From the NCBI GenBank assembly GCA_965116025.1, contig OZ220480.1:352001-416000 (forward strand): 64,000 bases of DNA, given 5' to 3'. Source of the DNA: an uncultured candidatus Porisulfidus sp. GTDB taxonomy: Bacteria; Pseudomonadota; Gammaproteobacteria; Poriferisulfidales; Poriferisulfidaceae. The notes under the pieces are model-generated. The model was given only the letters and a program-made list of their open reading frames with translations. It had not been told where the DNA came from and ran no database searches. The number at the start of each line of letters is the position of its first letter. Positions within the stretch are counted from its first letter, which is position 1. Of this stretch, positions 40,406-51,384 are shown in pieces. A program made the translations under genes and the position numbers.

Positions 40406-42202
40406 TCAGCCTGATGCCCGCCCGGTAAAAGCCTTCCAGACCATCGCGTTAAGCTCTTTCTGATGCCGCCCGTTGGGCGTGGAGGATTCAACCCGATATA
40501 TCCGCTTCGCTTTGGCGATGATGGATTCGCCAAGAGACCCGCGCGGATCAGGGAGAGGGAAGTTCTCGACGTACTGCGTGATGAAACGCCTGCGCCCTGC
40601 GTAAAGCTTATTGTGGAAGCGCAGGTCGTAGAATCGTTCGATAAAGGTCGAGTTCGCGACGGCGGCCGCGAGCCATAGAAGGTCCAAGTTGGCGGGGTTC
40701 TCGACGACGAGCCAATAGCAATCCCCGTTGACGACAGAACCTTCAAGATCGATCCAGAACGTAGGCTGGTCCGCAATATCCCGAAAGACGAGCTTCGGTC
40801 GACTCCAAGAATCTGGATCTTGCGGGACCCAGATCTCATACCACTGTCGGCCCGCCTCGATGACATACCTTCGACTCTCCAGCGCGAGCCTGCGCGTCGC
40901 GAGATACGCTCGGCTACGGGGATACTGAGTCAAATCAACGGCGCGGCGACGCCCCTCCACCACCTCGTGCGGATAGAGTATCCGAGTGGGCCGGTCGAGA
41001 GAGCGCGGCTTGAAGCGCCGGGCGACATGATGAGTGGTGAGCGGCCTAAGAAGTTCTGGTCGCTCGGTCCTTGGCATATCCTGCCAATCATCGCGGATGA
41101 AGATTTTGTCCGCGCAGGTCTTCACGCCAACGCGGATTTTCCCGATATCGCGGAACGTTCCCCAACTACGCTCCGCCACGGCGCTCAACCAGTTATCGCC
41201 GGCTTCCGTCGCGACGCGCCAAACGCCATCGGGCGCGCCGTTCGTGTCGATCTTCCCATGCCGAACTTGAAAGTTGCGCCCGTCGTCTATTCTTACGACC
41301 CCTTCCGCGCGGAGAGCGGAAATCGGGTCGGCAGCTAACTGGGTCGCCGGGTCGGAGGTTTCGTAGATTGACGTGAACGCCGGAGCTTCGCGCTCGCGCC
41401 CATTCTTCCCCTGCACGAGCAAGACGGCTGGCAGAACCGCCGCCCGAAATAGTTTCGTGTCGCCCAAGTCCCAAGCATGGCGCACATTAAGTCGGTCAAA
41501 GAGAGCTCGTCGAACGGCCGATCCGGATCTGGTGGTCATGAAGCGATTGGACACGATGATTCCCGCGGTACCCTCCGACTTGAGAACTTGGGCGATGCCA
41601 AGAATGAACGCGTGATACAGATCAACGCGACCGGAAAGACCAAACCGCCTCGAGAGCGACCGCGCCTGCCGCGCGCCCATAATCTGCGCGCGCACGTAAG
41701 GAGGGTTCGCGACGATGAAGTCATACGCTTCAGGAGAGTCGGGATGAGAAAAACATCCGGTATCGTTAGGCCCGAAGTTGTCAAAAACGAATTGGAGGAA
41801 ATCGCCCGCCTCGAAACGGAGAGAAACGTCAGGAAATCGTCGTTGGATCCGTTTTCTGGCGATGTCGAGAGCTTCGGGATCCGTCTCGAACCCCCAGACC
41901 TCAATGCCTTCGCGCGGCTGGCGAGGGAGACGCTCAAGAAAGCTGACGAGAAGCTCTCCATGACCAATCGCGGGGTCCAGGACGCGAAATGAGCCTTCGC
42001 CGATCTTCTCTTCGGCGGAGCTCGCGATTTGCCGTGATACGAAATCGGCCAGCGGTTTGGGCGTGTAGACCGCGCCTTCAGCCTTCGCCTCGGTGACGAG
42101 GGCGTGACGTTTCGCGGGATGCGGCTCGCGCGGAAATTCCACCTGTGCCCAATCTCCTCTCCGTGATTCGCGCGAAGAGACCTTGATGCCACCTATAATC
42201 AT
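40406..42202 (-). CDS. Gamma-class N6-adenine methyltransferase, M.BseCI/M.BanIII-like (predicted ATCGAT); start uncertain
   Basis: DPAIGHG motif I, NPPY motif IV; GRVDLY, WYEIWVP and NKLYAGRRR match my recollection of M.BseCI. Confidence 0.85.
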   Translation of the reverse strand: MIIGGIKVSSRESRRGDWAQVEFPREPHPAKRHALVTEAKAEGAVYTPKPLADFVSRQIASSAEEKIGEGSFRVLDPAIGHGELLVSFLERLPRQPREGIEVWGFETDPEALDIARKRIQRRFPDVSLRFEAGDFLQFVFDNFGPNDTGCFSHPDSPEAYDFIVANPPYVRAQIMGARQARSLSRRFGLSGRVDLYHAFILGIAQVLKSEGTAGIIVSNRFMTTRSGSAVRRALFDRLNVRHAWDLGDTKLFRAAVLPAVLLVQGKNGREREAPAFTSIYETSDPATQLAADPISALRAEGVVRIDDGRNFQVRHGKIDTNGAPDGVWRVATEAGDNWLSAVAERSWGTFRDIGKIRVGVKTCADKIFIRDDWQDMPRTERPELLRPLTTHHVARRFKPRSLDRPTRILYPHEVVEGRRRAVDLTQYPRSRAYLATRRLALESRRYVIEAGRQWYEIWVPQDPDSWSRPKLVFRDIADQPTFWIDLEGSVVNGDCYWLVVENPANLDLLWLAAAVANSTFIERFYDLRFHNKLYAGRRRFITQYVENFPLPDPRGSLGESIIAKAKRIYRVESSTPNGRHQKELNAMVWKAFTGRASG

Positions 42203-42979
42203 CCTATAAGCGTGGCGCTCTCCGCTTCACATCGTAAGCGTGAAAGCATTGTAACCCAGTAGAGAGTGGGAAAGCGGCGGGATGGCGGTAAGAACTGGGA
42301 GCCGAGTTCCCGCTCGCGCGCCGATAGCCGAGACGTTCCCCGAACGTGGCGACTTGGGCGGCGATGGCATGGCGAAATCCCCGCGAGCCATCCACGCCGA
42401 GCCTTTCGTCCGCTTCAGTGGACCAAACGCTCCCGACACCGCACCGGACAGCGGCGCTTTCCGGGCTCGCGATATAGAAAGCGGGACGCCAGCGCGACCG
42501 TGACGACTCGCCTTGGCCCGCATCACTGGCTCGCGGATCTAACGGGCGGCGAAGGAAGGGGCGGCGGAGGCTTCAGCATGGTGGTGAGTAAGGGCATCCC
42601 ATCTTTCTTGTCCTTTCATTTCCCCCGCCTATGCGCTTTCCTGGTGAGAGAATCGGTTCCTTCGCCATTGGTCAACCTCCCGCGTTTCGTTGGGATACGA
42701 GCCAGAATTGTCGACAGATGGCGGCCGTGGCGGCTGGCGCGAGCCTCCCGCGCTCAAGCGCTGATGAAACGCCCGCCAGAAGGAACGGGAACGCGGAAAT
42801 CCTCCTCAAACACCCAATCCACGCTCGTCGCCCTCCACCTTGGGATATCAGATAATTCATTGTAGAATCAACGGCGAAAAGCGATTCCGAGCCTTCTTCG
42901 GGATATTTCCATCTCGACTTCGCTCTTCGGCGGACTCCGCTCTCAATACCGATTTCCCTCGTTTCAGCCCTTCGTTCCA

Positions 42980-44776
42980 TTGCGCTCTGAACCCGCATCT
43001 CATTCGGTCGCGCCGTTGGACGTGGTCCTCTCTCGGAGCCGCGGCGCCCTGATCACCGTGGGCGCGCTGAGCGCGGCGGTGAACTTGCTGATGCTCACTG
43101 GACCGCTGTTCATGCTACAGATCTATGACCGGGTGCTGACCAGCCGGGCGGAGGCGACGCTCGTCGCCCTGCTCGCCATCGTCGTCTATCTCTATGGCTT
43201 GATGGGCCTGCTCAACGCCCTGCGCGGGCGCATCCTAGCGCGGATCGGAGCGGGGTTTCAGACCGCGCTCGATGAACGAGCGTTCGACGCGACGCTCCGC
43301 GCGGAACGCGAGCCGACCTTCGCCCGCGCGGGCGGACGGGCACTCCCGCAAGTGGAAACGGTACGCTCGTTTCTGGCTTCTCCGGCTCCGGGAGCGATCC
43401 TGGATCTTCCATGGATCCCGTTCTTCATTATCATCATCTTCATTTTTCATCCGCTGCTGGGATGGCTGGCGATCGCGGGCTCGATCATTCTGCTAACGCT
43501 CGCGCTGGCCAACAGATGGGCGACGAGCAAGCCACAGGCCTCGTCCGCGAAACTCTCCATTGACGCTCATATCCAGGCGGAGGACGCGCGCCGCGAGGTG
43601 GAGACGGTGCGCGGTCTGGGCATGATCGAGCCGTTGCGTGCGCGCTGGCGGGCGGTGCGGGAGGCGGCGCTGGACCAAGCGATGCGATCCGCGGACCCGA
43701 GCGGCGGATACACGTCCGCGAGCAAGGCGTTCCGGCTTCTGCTGCAATCGCTGATGCTGGCCCTCGGCGCGTGGCTGGTGCTTGAGGGCGAGCTGACGGC
43801 GGGAGCGATGATCGCGGCCTCGATTCTTCTGGGCCGTGCGCTGCAACCGCTGGAGCAAACGGTCCAGCAGTGGTCCCAGATCCGGGCCGCGCGGGCTAGT
43901 TGGCGATCACTCTCCGATCTGCTGAGGTCGATGCCACCGGAAACGCCGCCGATGGAGTTGCCCAAGCCCGTCGCGATCCTGCGCGCGCGCGACATGTCGG
44001 TATGGGCGCCAAACCGACGAGACGTGTTGCTCCGGGACGTGAACTTCGAAGTGACACCAGGCGAAGCGGTGGCAGTCATAGGGCGGAGCGGCGCCGGAAA
44101 ATCCACGCTCGCGAAAGCGCTCGTCGGGCTATGGCCGCTCAAGCGTGGAGAGATTCGGCTGGGAGGGGCGGAGCTCTCGGCTTGGGGCGAATCGCTCTGG
44201 CGCGACCATATTGGTTATCTACCGCAAGACGTGGCTCTGTTCACTGGCAGCGTGGCCGAGAATATTTCTCGTTTCGACCCGCGCGCTAGCGAGGAAGACG
44301 TGATTCGAGCGGCCATCCAAGCCGGAGCGCACGGGATGATCCTGTCTCTTCCGAACGCGTACGATACATTCCTCATGGGCGGTGGCGGACTGTCGGGCGG
44401 ACAGCGCCAGCGCATCGCCTTGGCGCGGGCGTTCTATGGCGACCCGGCCCTTCTGGTGCTGGACGAGCCGGACGCGCATATGGCGGAAGCATTCGGACTG
44501 AACCGGGCGATCGCCAAGATGAAGGCGGACGGACGGGCCGCGGTGGTTATCGCGCATCGGCGCGCGTCGATCAACGAATGCGCCCGGGTCGCCGTTATCG
44601 AAGATGGCCGTCTCCAGCTGTTCGGGCCACGTGAGGAGGTGATGGCGCGCATCGAGCAAAACCAAGTACGACAGTTGCCTACCGTGATCAAGGGAGGAAA
44701 CCGAGAGCGGGCCAAGGACGACGATGCCCCCCCCCCCCCCCCCCCCCCCCCAATGAAGCCGACGAGCGATGGTTGA
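42980..44776 (+). CDS. Type I secretion ABC transporter (PrtD/AprD family)
   Basis: NLLMLTGPLFMLQIYDRVLTSR, GAMIAASILLGRAL, GRSGAGKST, LSGGQRQR. Confidence 0.9.
   Translation: MRSEPASHSVAPLDVVLSRSRGALITVGALSAAVNLLMLTGPLFMLQIYDRVLTSRAEATLVALLAIVVYLYGLMGLLNALRGRILARIGAGFQTALDERAFDATLRAEREPTFARAGGRALPQVETVRSFLASPAPGAILDLPWIPFFIIIIFIFHPLLGWLAIAGSIILLTLALANRWATSKPQASSAKLSIDAHIQAEDARREVETVRGLGMIEPLRARWRAVREAALDQAMRSADPSGGYTSASKAFRLLLQSLMLALGAWLVLEGELTAGAMIAASILLGRALQPLEQTVQQWSQIRAARASWRSLSDLLRSMPPETPPMELPKPVAILRARDMSVWAPNRRDVLLRDVNFEVTPGEAVAVIGRSGAGKSTLAKALVGLWPLKRGEIRLGGAELSAWGESLWRDHIGYLPQDVALFTGSVAENISRFDPRASEEDVIRAAIQAGAHGMILSLPNAYDTFLMGGGGLSGGQRQRIALARAFYGDPALLVLDEPDAHMAEAFGLNRAIAKMKADGRAAVVIAHRRASINECARVAVIEDGRLQLFGPREEVMARIEQNQVRQLPTVIKGGNRERAKDDDAPPPPPPPPMKPTSDG
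44727..44751. repeat. C25 homopolymer at the 3' end of the T1SS ABC gene
   Basis: 25 consecutive C encoding a poly-Pro run, ending 17 nt before the MFP start codon. Confidence 0.9.
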
Positions 44777-46067
44777 GAAAGCGCGTGGAAACTGGCCGGT
44801 GGCCGGGTCGGTGCGGATGAGCGCGGTGGCGCTTGGTATCGGATTCGCGGGCGCGCTGGTCTGGGCCTCGCTGGCGAAAATCCACGGCGCGGTGATCGCG
44901 TCGGGCAACGTGGAGGTGGAGTCTCGGCGCCAAGCGATCCAGCACCCCGACGGCGGAATCGTGGCGGCGATCCCGGTGCGCGACGGCGAGCGAGTGGAGG
45001 CGGGAGCGACGATTCTGGAGCTGGACGCCACCGAGCTTTCCGCCGAGAAAGCGCTCATGATCCGGCAACTGCAGGAAGTGCGGGCGCGAATCGATCGCCT
45101 CTCGGCTGAAGCCGGATCCGCGAAGCGGCTGGTCTTCCGAGACGGTAACGCCACGGACAACCCGACGCTCACGGCGTTGCTGGCCGACGAGCGGACGCTG
45201 TTCGAGACCGGGCGCGAGCTGCTGGCGCGAACGCTCGCGCGGATCGAGGAGCGCAAGGCCCAAGCCACGGCCTTGGTCGAGGGGATGCGGTTGCAGCTGG
45301 AGGCGACCCGAAATCAATTGGCGCTGATCGAGGCGGAAGCCCGTGATCGGGAGGCTCTGCTCGAGAAAAACTTGATCTCGAAACCAGAGGTCTCGCGATT
45401 GCTCCGGGAGGAGGCGCGCCTGCAGGGAATGATCGGGGAGCTGGAAGCGGATATCGCCCAGGGGCTGAGCGCGCGAGCTTCCTTCGATATCGAGCGGTTG
45501 CGCACCCTCGCGGAACGCCGCGAGAAGGCGCAAGACGAGATGCGCGAGCTGCAACCGCGCGAGGATGAGCTCGCCGAGCGCCTTCGGGTGCTGGAAACCC
45601 GTCTTTCTCGACTCGTTCTGCGCGCGCCGATGGCGGGCGTGGTGCATGGGCTCAGAGTGTTCACCGTCGGCGGGGTGATCCCGGCGGGAGCGGAGGTGGC
45701 GGCGATCGTGCCCGAGGGCGTGCCGCTGGTGCTCAGCGTCCGGGTCGCGACCGCGCAGATCGACGAGGTCCACGCCGGACAAGACGTGACGGTGGTGTTC
45801 CCCGCGTTCAACATGCGCACCGCCCCGGAGTTCATCGGACGAGTGCGCACCATCTCGGCCGACGCGCTGGTCGACGAGAACAGCGGCGAGCGATTCTACG
45901 CCGTCGAGGTCGCGTTGCTTCCTGAATCCGAGGAGGAGGCCCGCGCGCGCGGCATCGTCTCCGGCATGCCGGTCGACGCGTTCATCCAAACCCGCGTCCG
46001 CACGCCGATCTCCTTCTTGCTCGACCCCTTCACCGACTATCTGCGGCACGCCTTCCGCGAAGAGTGA
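44769..46067 (+). CDS. Type I secretion membrane fusion protein (HlyD/PrtE family)
   Basis: N-terminal [11 protein letters not shown], coiled coil, [17 protein letters not shown]. Confidence 0.92.
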   Translation: MVEKARGNWPVAGSVRMSAVALGIGFAGALVWASLAKIHGAVIASGNVEVESRRQAIQHPDGGIVAAIPVRDGERVEAGATILELDATELSAEKALMIRQLQEVRARIDRLSAEAGSAKRLVFRDGNATDNPTLTALLADERTLFETGRELLARTLARIEERKAQATALVEGMRLQLEATRNQLALIEAEARDREALLEKNLISKPEVSRLLREEARLQGMIGELEADIAQGLSARASFDIERLRTLAERREKAQDEMRELQPREDELAERLRVLETRLSRLVLRAPMAGVVHGLRVFTVGGVIPAGAEVAAIVPEGVPLVLSVRVATAQIDEVHAGQDVTVVFPAFNMRTAPEFIGRVRTISADALVDENSGERFYAVEVALLPESEEEARARGIVSGMPVDAFIQTRVRTPISFLLDPFTDYLRHAFREE

Positions 46068-46188
46068 TCCAGAGACGGCGGCGCCGCGCCAACGCGCCGA
46101 ACGGTGGACATCGACCGCAAGAATCCTCTCGAACACTAAAAACCCTGGCGTGACGATTTCTTATAATAAGCTGAGAATTGGCGAAACC

Positions 46189-46734
46189 ATGGCGAAACTC
46201 GAAGTCCTCCGCTTTCCGGACCCGCGCCTGCGCGCGGTGGCTCGGCCCGTCACCAAGGTGACGGACGAGACCCGGCGCATCGTCTCCGACATGCTGGAAA
46301 CCATGCGCGACGAGTTCGGAATCGGACTCGCGGCCGTGCAGGTCAACATCCCGCAACGCATCGTGGTGATCGACCTCAGCGAGGACGGAAGCGAGCCGAT
46401 GGGCCTGATCAACCCGGAGATTCTCGAGGCCAAGGGAACAAAGGAGATGGAGGAGGGCTGCCTGTCGGTCCCGGAGTTCCGGGCGCTGGTGCGACGCGCC
46501 GAGAGAATTCGTTGCCGAGCCCTGAACGAGAACGGCGAGGAGATCGAGATTGAGGCGGACGGCCTGCTCGCCGTGTGCATCCAGCACGAGATCGACCATC
46601 TCGACGGAAAACTGTTCGTCGACTATCTTTCCCCACACAAACGCGAGCGGATCGCCGAACGCCTCCGGAAAATGGCCCGAACCGGGCGGATCCCGAGACG
46701 AACCCGGCGCCCAGAGTCCTACGTTCACGCCTGA
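46189..46734 (+). CDS. def: Peptide deformylase
   Basis: GIGLAA, EGCLS, QHEIDH. Confidence 0.96.
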   Translation: MAKLEVLRFPDPRLRAVARPVTKVTDETRRIVSDMLETMRDEFGIGLAAVQVNIPQRIVVIDLSEDGSEPMGLINPEILEAKGTKEMEEGCLSVPEFRALVRRAERIRCRALNENGEEIEIEADGLLAVCIQHEIDHLDGKLFVDYLSPHKRERIAERLRKMARTGRIPRRTRRPESYVHA

Positions 46735-46744
46735 CTCCGAAGGC

Positions 46745-47686
46745 GTGGAGCCTCTGCGACTAATTTTCGCTGGCAGCGGGCTCTTCGGCGCCTTGACGCT
46801 GGAGCGGCTACGGGCCAGCCCCCACGCCGTCCAGGCGGTCCTGTCGCGACCGGACCGGCCCGCGGGCCGCGGGTTGCGGTCACGGTCCACTCCAGTCGCG
46901 GAAGCCGCTCGAGCGGCGGAGCTGCCATTGCTGCGCCCCGACGCGCTGGACGCGCCGGCGCGCGACGAGCTCGCGTCCCTCCGTGCGGATGTGATGGTGG
47001 TCGCGGATTTCGGGCGACTGATTCCGGAATCCTGGCTCTGGCTATGCCCGGGCGGCAGCTTGAACGTTCACGCCTCCCTGCTACCCCGGTGGCGCGGAGC
47101 GGCTCCGATCGCGCGCGCGATCGAGGCCCGCGACCCCATCTTCGGATGCACCGTCATGCTGATGGACTCGGGGCTTGATACCGGGGATATCCTGACCCAA
47201 GAGTCCCTCCCGCTCGCGCCCGACGAGACCACGGCCTCAGCGCGATCCCGTCTCGCCTCGCTAGGCGCGGACCTTCTGGCGCGGTATCTGTCCGATTTCG
47301 ACCCGAAGCATCCGACTCGCCAACCGCAGGACGAAGCGCGGGCCTGCCATGCGCCCGCGCTCCGCAAGAGCGAGGCTTCGGTCATCTGGTCGGAATCGGC
47401 GCGCCGCGTCGCCGCCAAAATCCAGGCGTTCAACCCTCACCCCGTCGCCACCACGCGATACGGCGACGAGACCTTGCGACTGTGGCGGGCGCGGGCGAGC
47501 GCGTCGCCCGCTGACGATCCACCAGGAACGGCGCTACGCTGCGACCACGATGGCCTGTGGGTCTCGTGCGGAGAGGGGCAGGTCGCTATCGCCGAGCTGC
47601 AACGCCCGGGCGGGCGAAGAATGTCGGCGCGGGATTTCTGCAACGCCCGTCCTATGACGGGGGCATTGCTGGGATGCCACGCTTAA
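46745..47686 (+). CDS. fmt: Methionyl-tRNA formyltransferase
   Basis: RPDRPAGRG, NVHASLLPRWRGAAPI, GLDTGDI; follows def. Confidence 0.94.
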   Translation: MEPLRLIFAGSGLFGALTLERLRASPHAVQAVLSRPDRPAGRGLRSRSTPVAEAARAAELPLLRPDALDAPARDELASLRADVMVVADFGRLIPESWLWLCPGGSLNVHASLLPRWRGAAPIARAIEARDPIFGCTVMLMDSGLDTGDILTQESLPLAPDETTASARSRLASLGADLLARYLSDFDPKHPTRQPQDEARACHAPALRKSEASVIWSESARRVAAKIQAFNPHPVATTRYGDETLRLWRARASASPADDPPGTALRCDHDGLWVSCGEGQVAIAELQRPGGRRMSARDFCNARPMTGALLGCHA

Positions 47687-47694
47687 CGGCGCGC

Positions 47695-47718
47695 GGCCCC
47701 GGCTTGAACGCCGGGGCC
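47695..47718. terminator. Hairpin between the convergent fmt and autotransporter 2 genes
   Basis: GGCCCCGGC-TTGAAC-GCCGGGGCC; no clear U-tract. Confidence 0.45.
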
Positions 47719-47733
47719 ACGATCACAAGCCGG

Positions 47734-50700
47734 TCAGAAGCGAACCTTCAGCAGGACGCTCGCGCCGTAATCGTGATTGTCGCCATCCGACGCCGCGTAG
47801 TACGCGTCCGCCGAGAGCGTCGACTCCCCCTGCGCGTCCAGCGTCATCACGCCCCCGACGCCCAATCGCGCCCACGTCGACTCCACTTCCGAGCGCAGCC
47901 GCGCTCCCGACGCCATCACCTCCCGGCTCTCCGAGAGATCGCGTTCCAAATCCAGAGAAGCGTACGTCTGGCCATTCTCCAATAACGCCCCGATCCGCGC
48001 CCTCACGCTGTCCTCCGAGCGAAACGACACCCGACCGCTCCCAGTAACCCCCGACACGTCGGCGAAGCCATCAACGTCCACCCAAATCCACGTCAATCCC
48101 CCGCGCGGAACCAGCGCGAAGCCGTCCATCTCCAGTCGCCTGCCAACCTCCACGCCGATCGCGTGACCCTCTCCGTCCAGACCGGACGCCACCATCCCGC
48201 GCGCCTCCGAACTCAAGTCGACGTCCTTGAAACGCGTGTACGAGAACTCCCCGTCCGCGTACCAGCCGTCCTCTCCCCGCCAGGTCGCCGAAGCCCCAAC
48301 ACCAACGCCCGAGACCTCGATCTTCCCGCCGCGCGCGACGTCCGCCTCGCCATCACGGTAGTGCGCGCTCACCCCCAGCATAAGCCCCGGCGCGTCCGTG
48401 GGAACGACGAAGCCCGTCTCCACGCCCCAGCGCTCGAAGTCCCAAGACAGCGCGCGACCCGCATCGTCCATCTCGGTCGTGGACATATCCGCCTCCCGCT
48501 CGCCGTCGCTCGCCAACACCCGCGCCCACGCGCGCCCACCATCTCGCGTCGCCGACAAGCGCGCCTGGCGACCGCCCGGAGCGCTCATCTCCAGCAGCAC
48601 CGACGGCAACGCCTCGTACACCCGAGCCCGGGCGTGGTACGTCCGACTGATCTCCTTCTCGGAGTCCACCTGGAACTGGTGCCCGCCCGTGATCGACTTC
48701 AGCGTGACCATCCGCTCGAACACCGCGTCGTACACCCCATGCGTCCCCGTCTTCCCCGACGTCGCCTTCACCGCGTCCCCCACGGCTATCGTCTTCGCCA
48801 TGCCGGCCGTCGACTCGCGCTGGAAGACGTTCGGCGTTTTATCGCCACTATTCAGGAATTTCCCCTTGACGAACGCGATCTGCCCATGCGCGTTCTCCTT
48901 CAGGGTGACATGCAGCGCCTTGTCCGCGCTCACCGCGATCCCCGACGTCGCGCCAATCTCCGCCTTCGGCCCGATCACCAGCGTCCCGCCGTTCACCATC
49001 CGAACGCCGGCGTGCTCGCCGGCGCCGCCCATCACCTTGCCGTTGATCGTGACCGTCTGGTCGTATTGCCCTTTCCGGGCGTGGTCGGACGCGAAGGTCC
49101 GCATCCCCTTGACATGCACCCCGTCCTTCTTGGCCCGGATCGTCGCCATCTCCCCCACCGTGACCGTGATCTTCCCGGCCGTGGGCGCTTCCATTTCCGT
49201 GTAGGCAGTGGCGGTCTCCGCGTAGACTCCGTATCCATCAGCCATGATCACACCGCCCGACACATCGATCATGATTGGGATGATCATCTTTCGAGCGTCA
49301 CCATCATCCGAATCGTCCAGGTCTTTCACGTAGGCCAGAATGCCGTCGCCCCTCGACATGATGTCCGCCTTCGACATGATCTTGATCTCCCCGATCTCGG
49401 TGGTGTAGGTCTCGGGGTTCCCCTCATCGAGCTCCTTGCCGGGAAGTGGCTGGGACTCCGCGCCCCCATGGATGGCGAGAATGCCGGCGGTCCGATCCTT
49501 CAGGTCCGCCAGCTTCGTCTGGTGATCCGCCGAGAGCGAGGAGGAGGAGAATACGTCGGACAGGTCGCCCGCGGTGATCTTCCCCGCCAAATGCTTCACG
49601 TCCACCTCGCCCCAACCGGTATGCAACGCGAAGACCCCGGAGCCTTTCGCGTGGATGAGGCCCTCGTTGGTAATCATGACGGGGATCTCGTTGTCCGAGG
49701 ATATGGTCTCGGCGAACACGCCATGCCCGCCGACTGGAGCGCCGGCGGTCCCGATCCGCGCTCCCTCGGAGACGGTCACCCGAATCGTTCCCCCGTGGGT
49801 CTGGTGGAGGGCGTACACGCCATGTCGACCCACGGTCGGCTCGTCTCCTTCCATACCGATCCGCGCCCCCGACTTCAGCGTCACCTCAATGTCTCGGTTG
49901 ATGTCGCCGCGCTGGCTGTCGTCGTGCGTCGTGCCCCGGTAAACGTAGATCCCGTCCCCGCCAGTTCCCGTCGAAGCGATCTCGCCCGCGAGATCCACCT
50001 TGACCAGACCACCGTTGTGGCCAGCGGAATTAACGTAAATTCCGTCTCCCACGATCTCCGTGTTCCGCCCGCCCGCCGTGATGACGCCCCCCGTCACGTC
50101 GACCGTCACCGGAACCACGGAATCGGAGTCCCCTTGCGTAGTGACGGAGATGCCATAAGTGCGGGCCCAAATATCTCCGCTCGAGGTGATCATGATCGTG
50201 CCGCTAGGAACCTCGGCGGCGCCCATGGTCGTGTCCCTATGATCAACGGTTATACCATTTTCGTGGATAAACGCGTTATCGGCTAAATCCAGCGTGGCCT
50301 CATCGCCCGAGAGCGTTCGCGGGTAGAGAGGCCATTGCCTCTTGCTGACAAGCGTCCCGTGGTTCGTGACGGTGATGTCGCCCCCCTTGAAGAGGTTGAC
50401 TAGAATGCCCTTGCTGGTCACGCTGCCCTTCGCCGTCTCGATGGCGACGTCTCCAGACCCCTCGTTGTACACGTAGATTCCTCGGTAATATCCGTAAATC
50501 TCGCCCCGGTTCATGATCGAGACGTCGCCCTCGGCGGACGCGTTTCTGTAATACGCGAACACCCCATAAAGCCCCACCGGAATCTCCTCAGTGCCGATCC
50601 GCGCCTCGGCCCCGACCGTGATCTCGATCTTGTCCGCCCTGTTGGTTTTGGAGGCTTTCTTGTTCCAGACGGTGATCCCGTAGTTCCTGTTGCCCCGCTG

Positions 50701-51248
50701 ATACTGGGGATCAATGAACGTCCCACTGAGCCGCTGGCCATTCTCCGTGTACATGGCCGTGGTGGGCGGAGTCCAACCGCCCGCCTCGTTCACGATCCTC
50801 ACCTTGCCTTCCAGATTCACCGTCAGCGCCCCGTCGCCGACCACCGCGACCCCGGGATTCCGGCCTTGGGTGGGACTGTCGGCAGAAGTGGGAGTATTGC
50901 GAGGAAGGAACGACTTGATGGTCGTCATCTCCCCGGAAGGCTTCACGGTCAGCGTCAAGCCGCCTGTCTGACCCGTGTACTCGATAGGATTGGGAGTGGC
51001 GCTGGTGCCGCCGTAGGTCGAGGCGGCGCAGGTGACCGTTTTGGTGGCGCCGACATCGCCGCACTGGTTCGCCTTGGCGGAATGCGGAATCAGTGGGATC
51101 GAGAGAGCGGCCGTCAGCCCGGCCAGAGCGATCAGGAAACGAGGGCTATGCCCCCCCCCCCCCCCCCCCCCCCCCCTACGCGGGAAGACGACGAGGCGAC
51201 GCGACGCGCGGCGCGCACGGTATCAGAAAAATGCGGGTTGACTCTCAT
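47734..51248 (-). CDS. Autotransporter 2 (beta-helix passenger); frameshifted at G26 in the leader (phase OFF or homopolymer error)
   Basis: TATAAT at 51289-51284, AGGA RBS, ATG at 51248; after the tract the frame of ORF 47734-50958 encodes a signal H-region (FLIALAGLTAALSIPLIPHSAKA); barrel ends in VRF. Confidence 0.8.
51151..51176. repeat. C26 homopolymer (G26 on the coding strand) in the autotransporter 2 leader
   Basis: 26 consecutive C, starting 72 nt after the ATG at 51248. Confidence 0.9.
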
Positions 51249-51384
51249 TGAGAAATCCTGATGGCGATGAATGATTGGAGCGGATTATACCCAAAACCCA
51301 CGCGCCCAAAAATCCTCACCGGATGGCCAGAGACCGATTCCATCCGAGCAGATCAGGTTTTCGAGGGCATGATTTGGCCCGTAC

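Noticed and set aside
44727-44776. Possible ABC-MFP fusion produced by tract slippage
   Set aside because: The MFP frame has a TGA at 44754-44756 right after the tract, so no tract length gives a fusion
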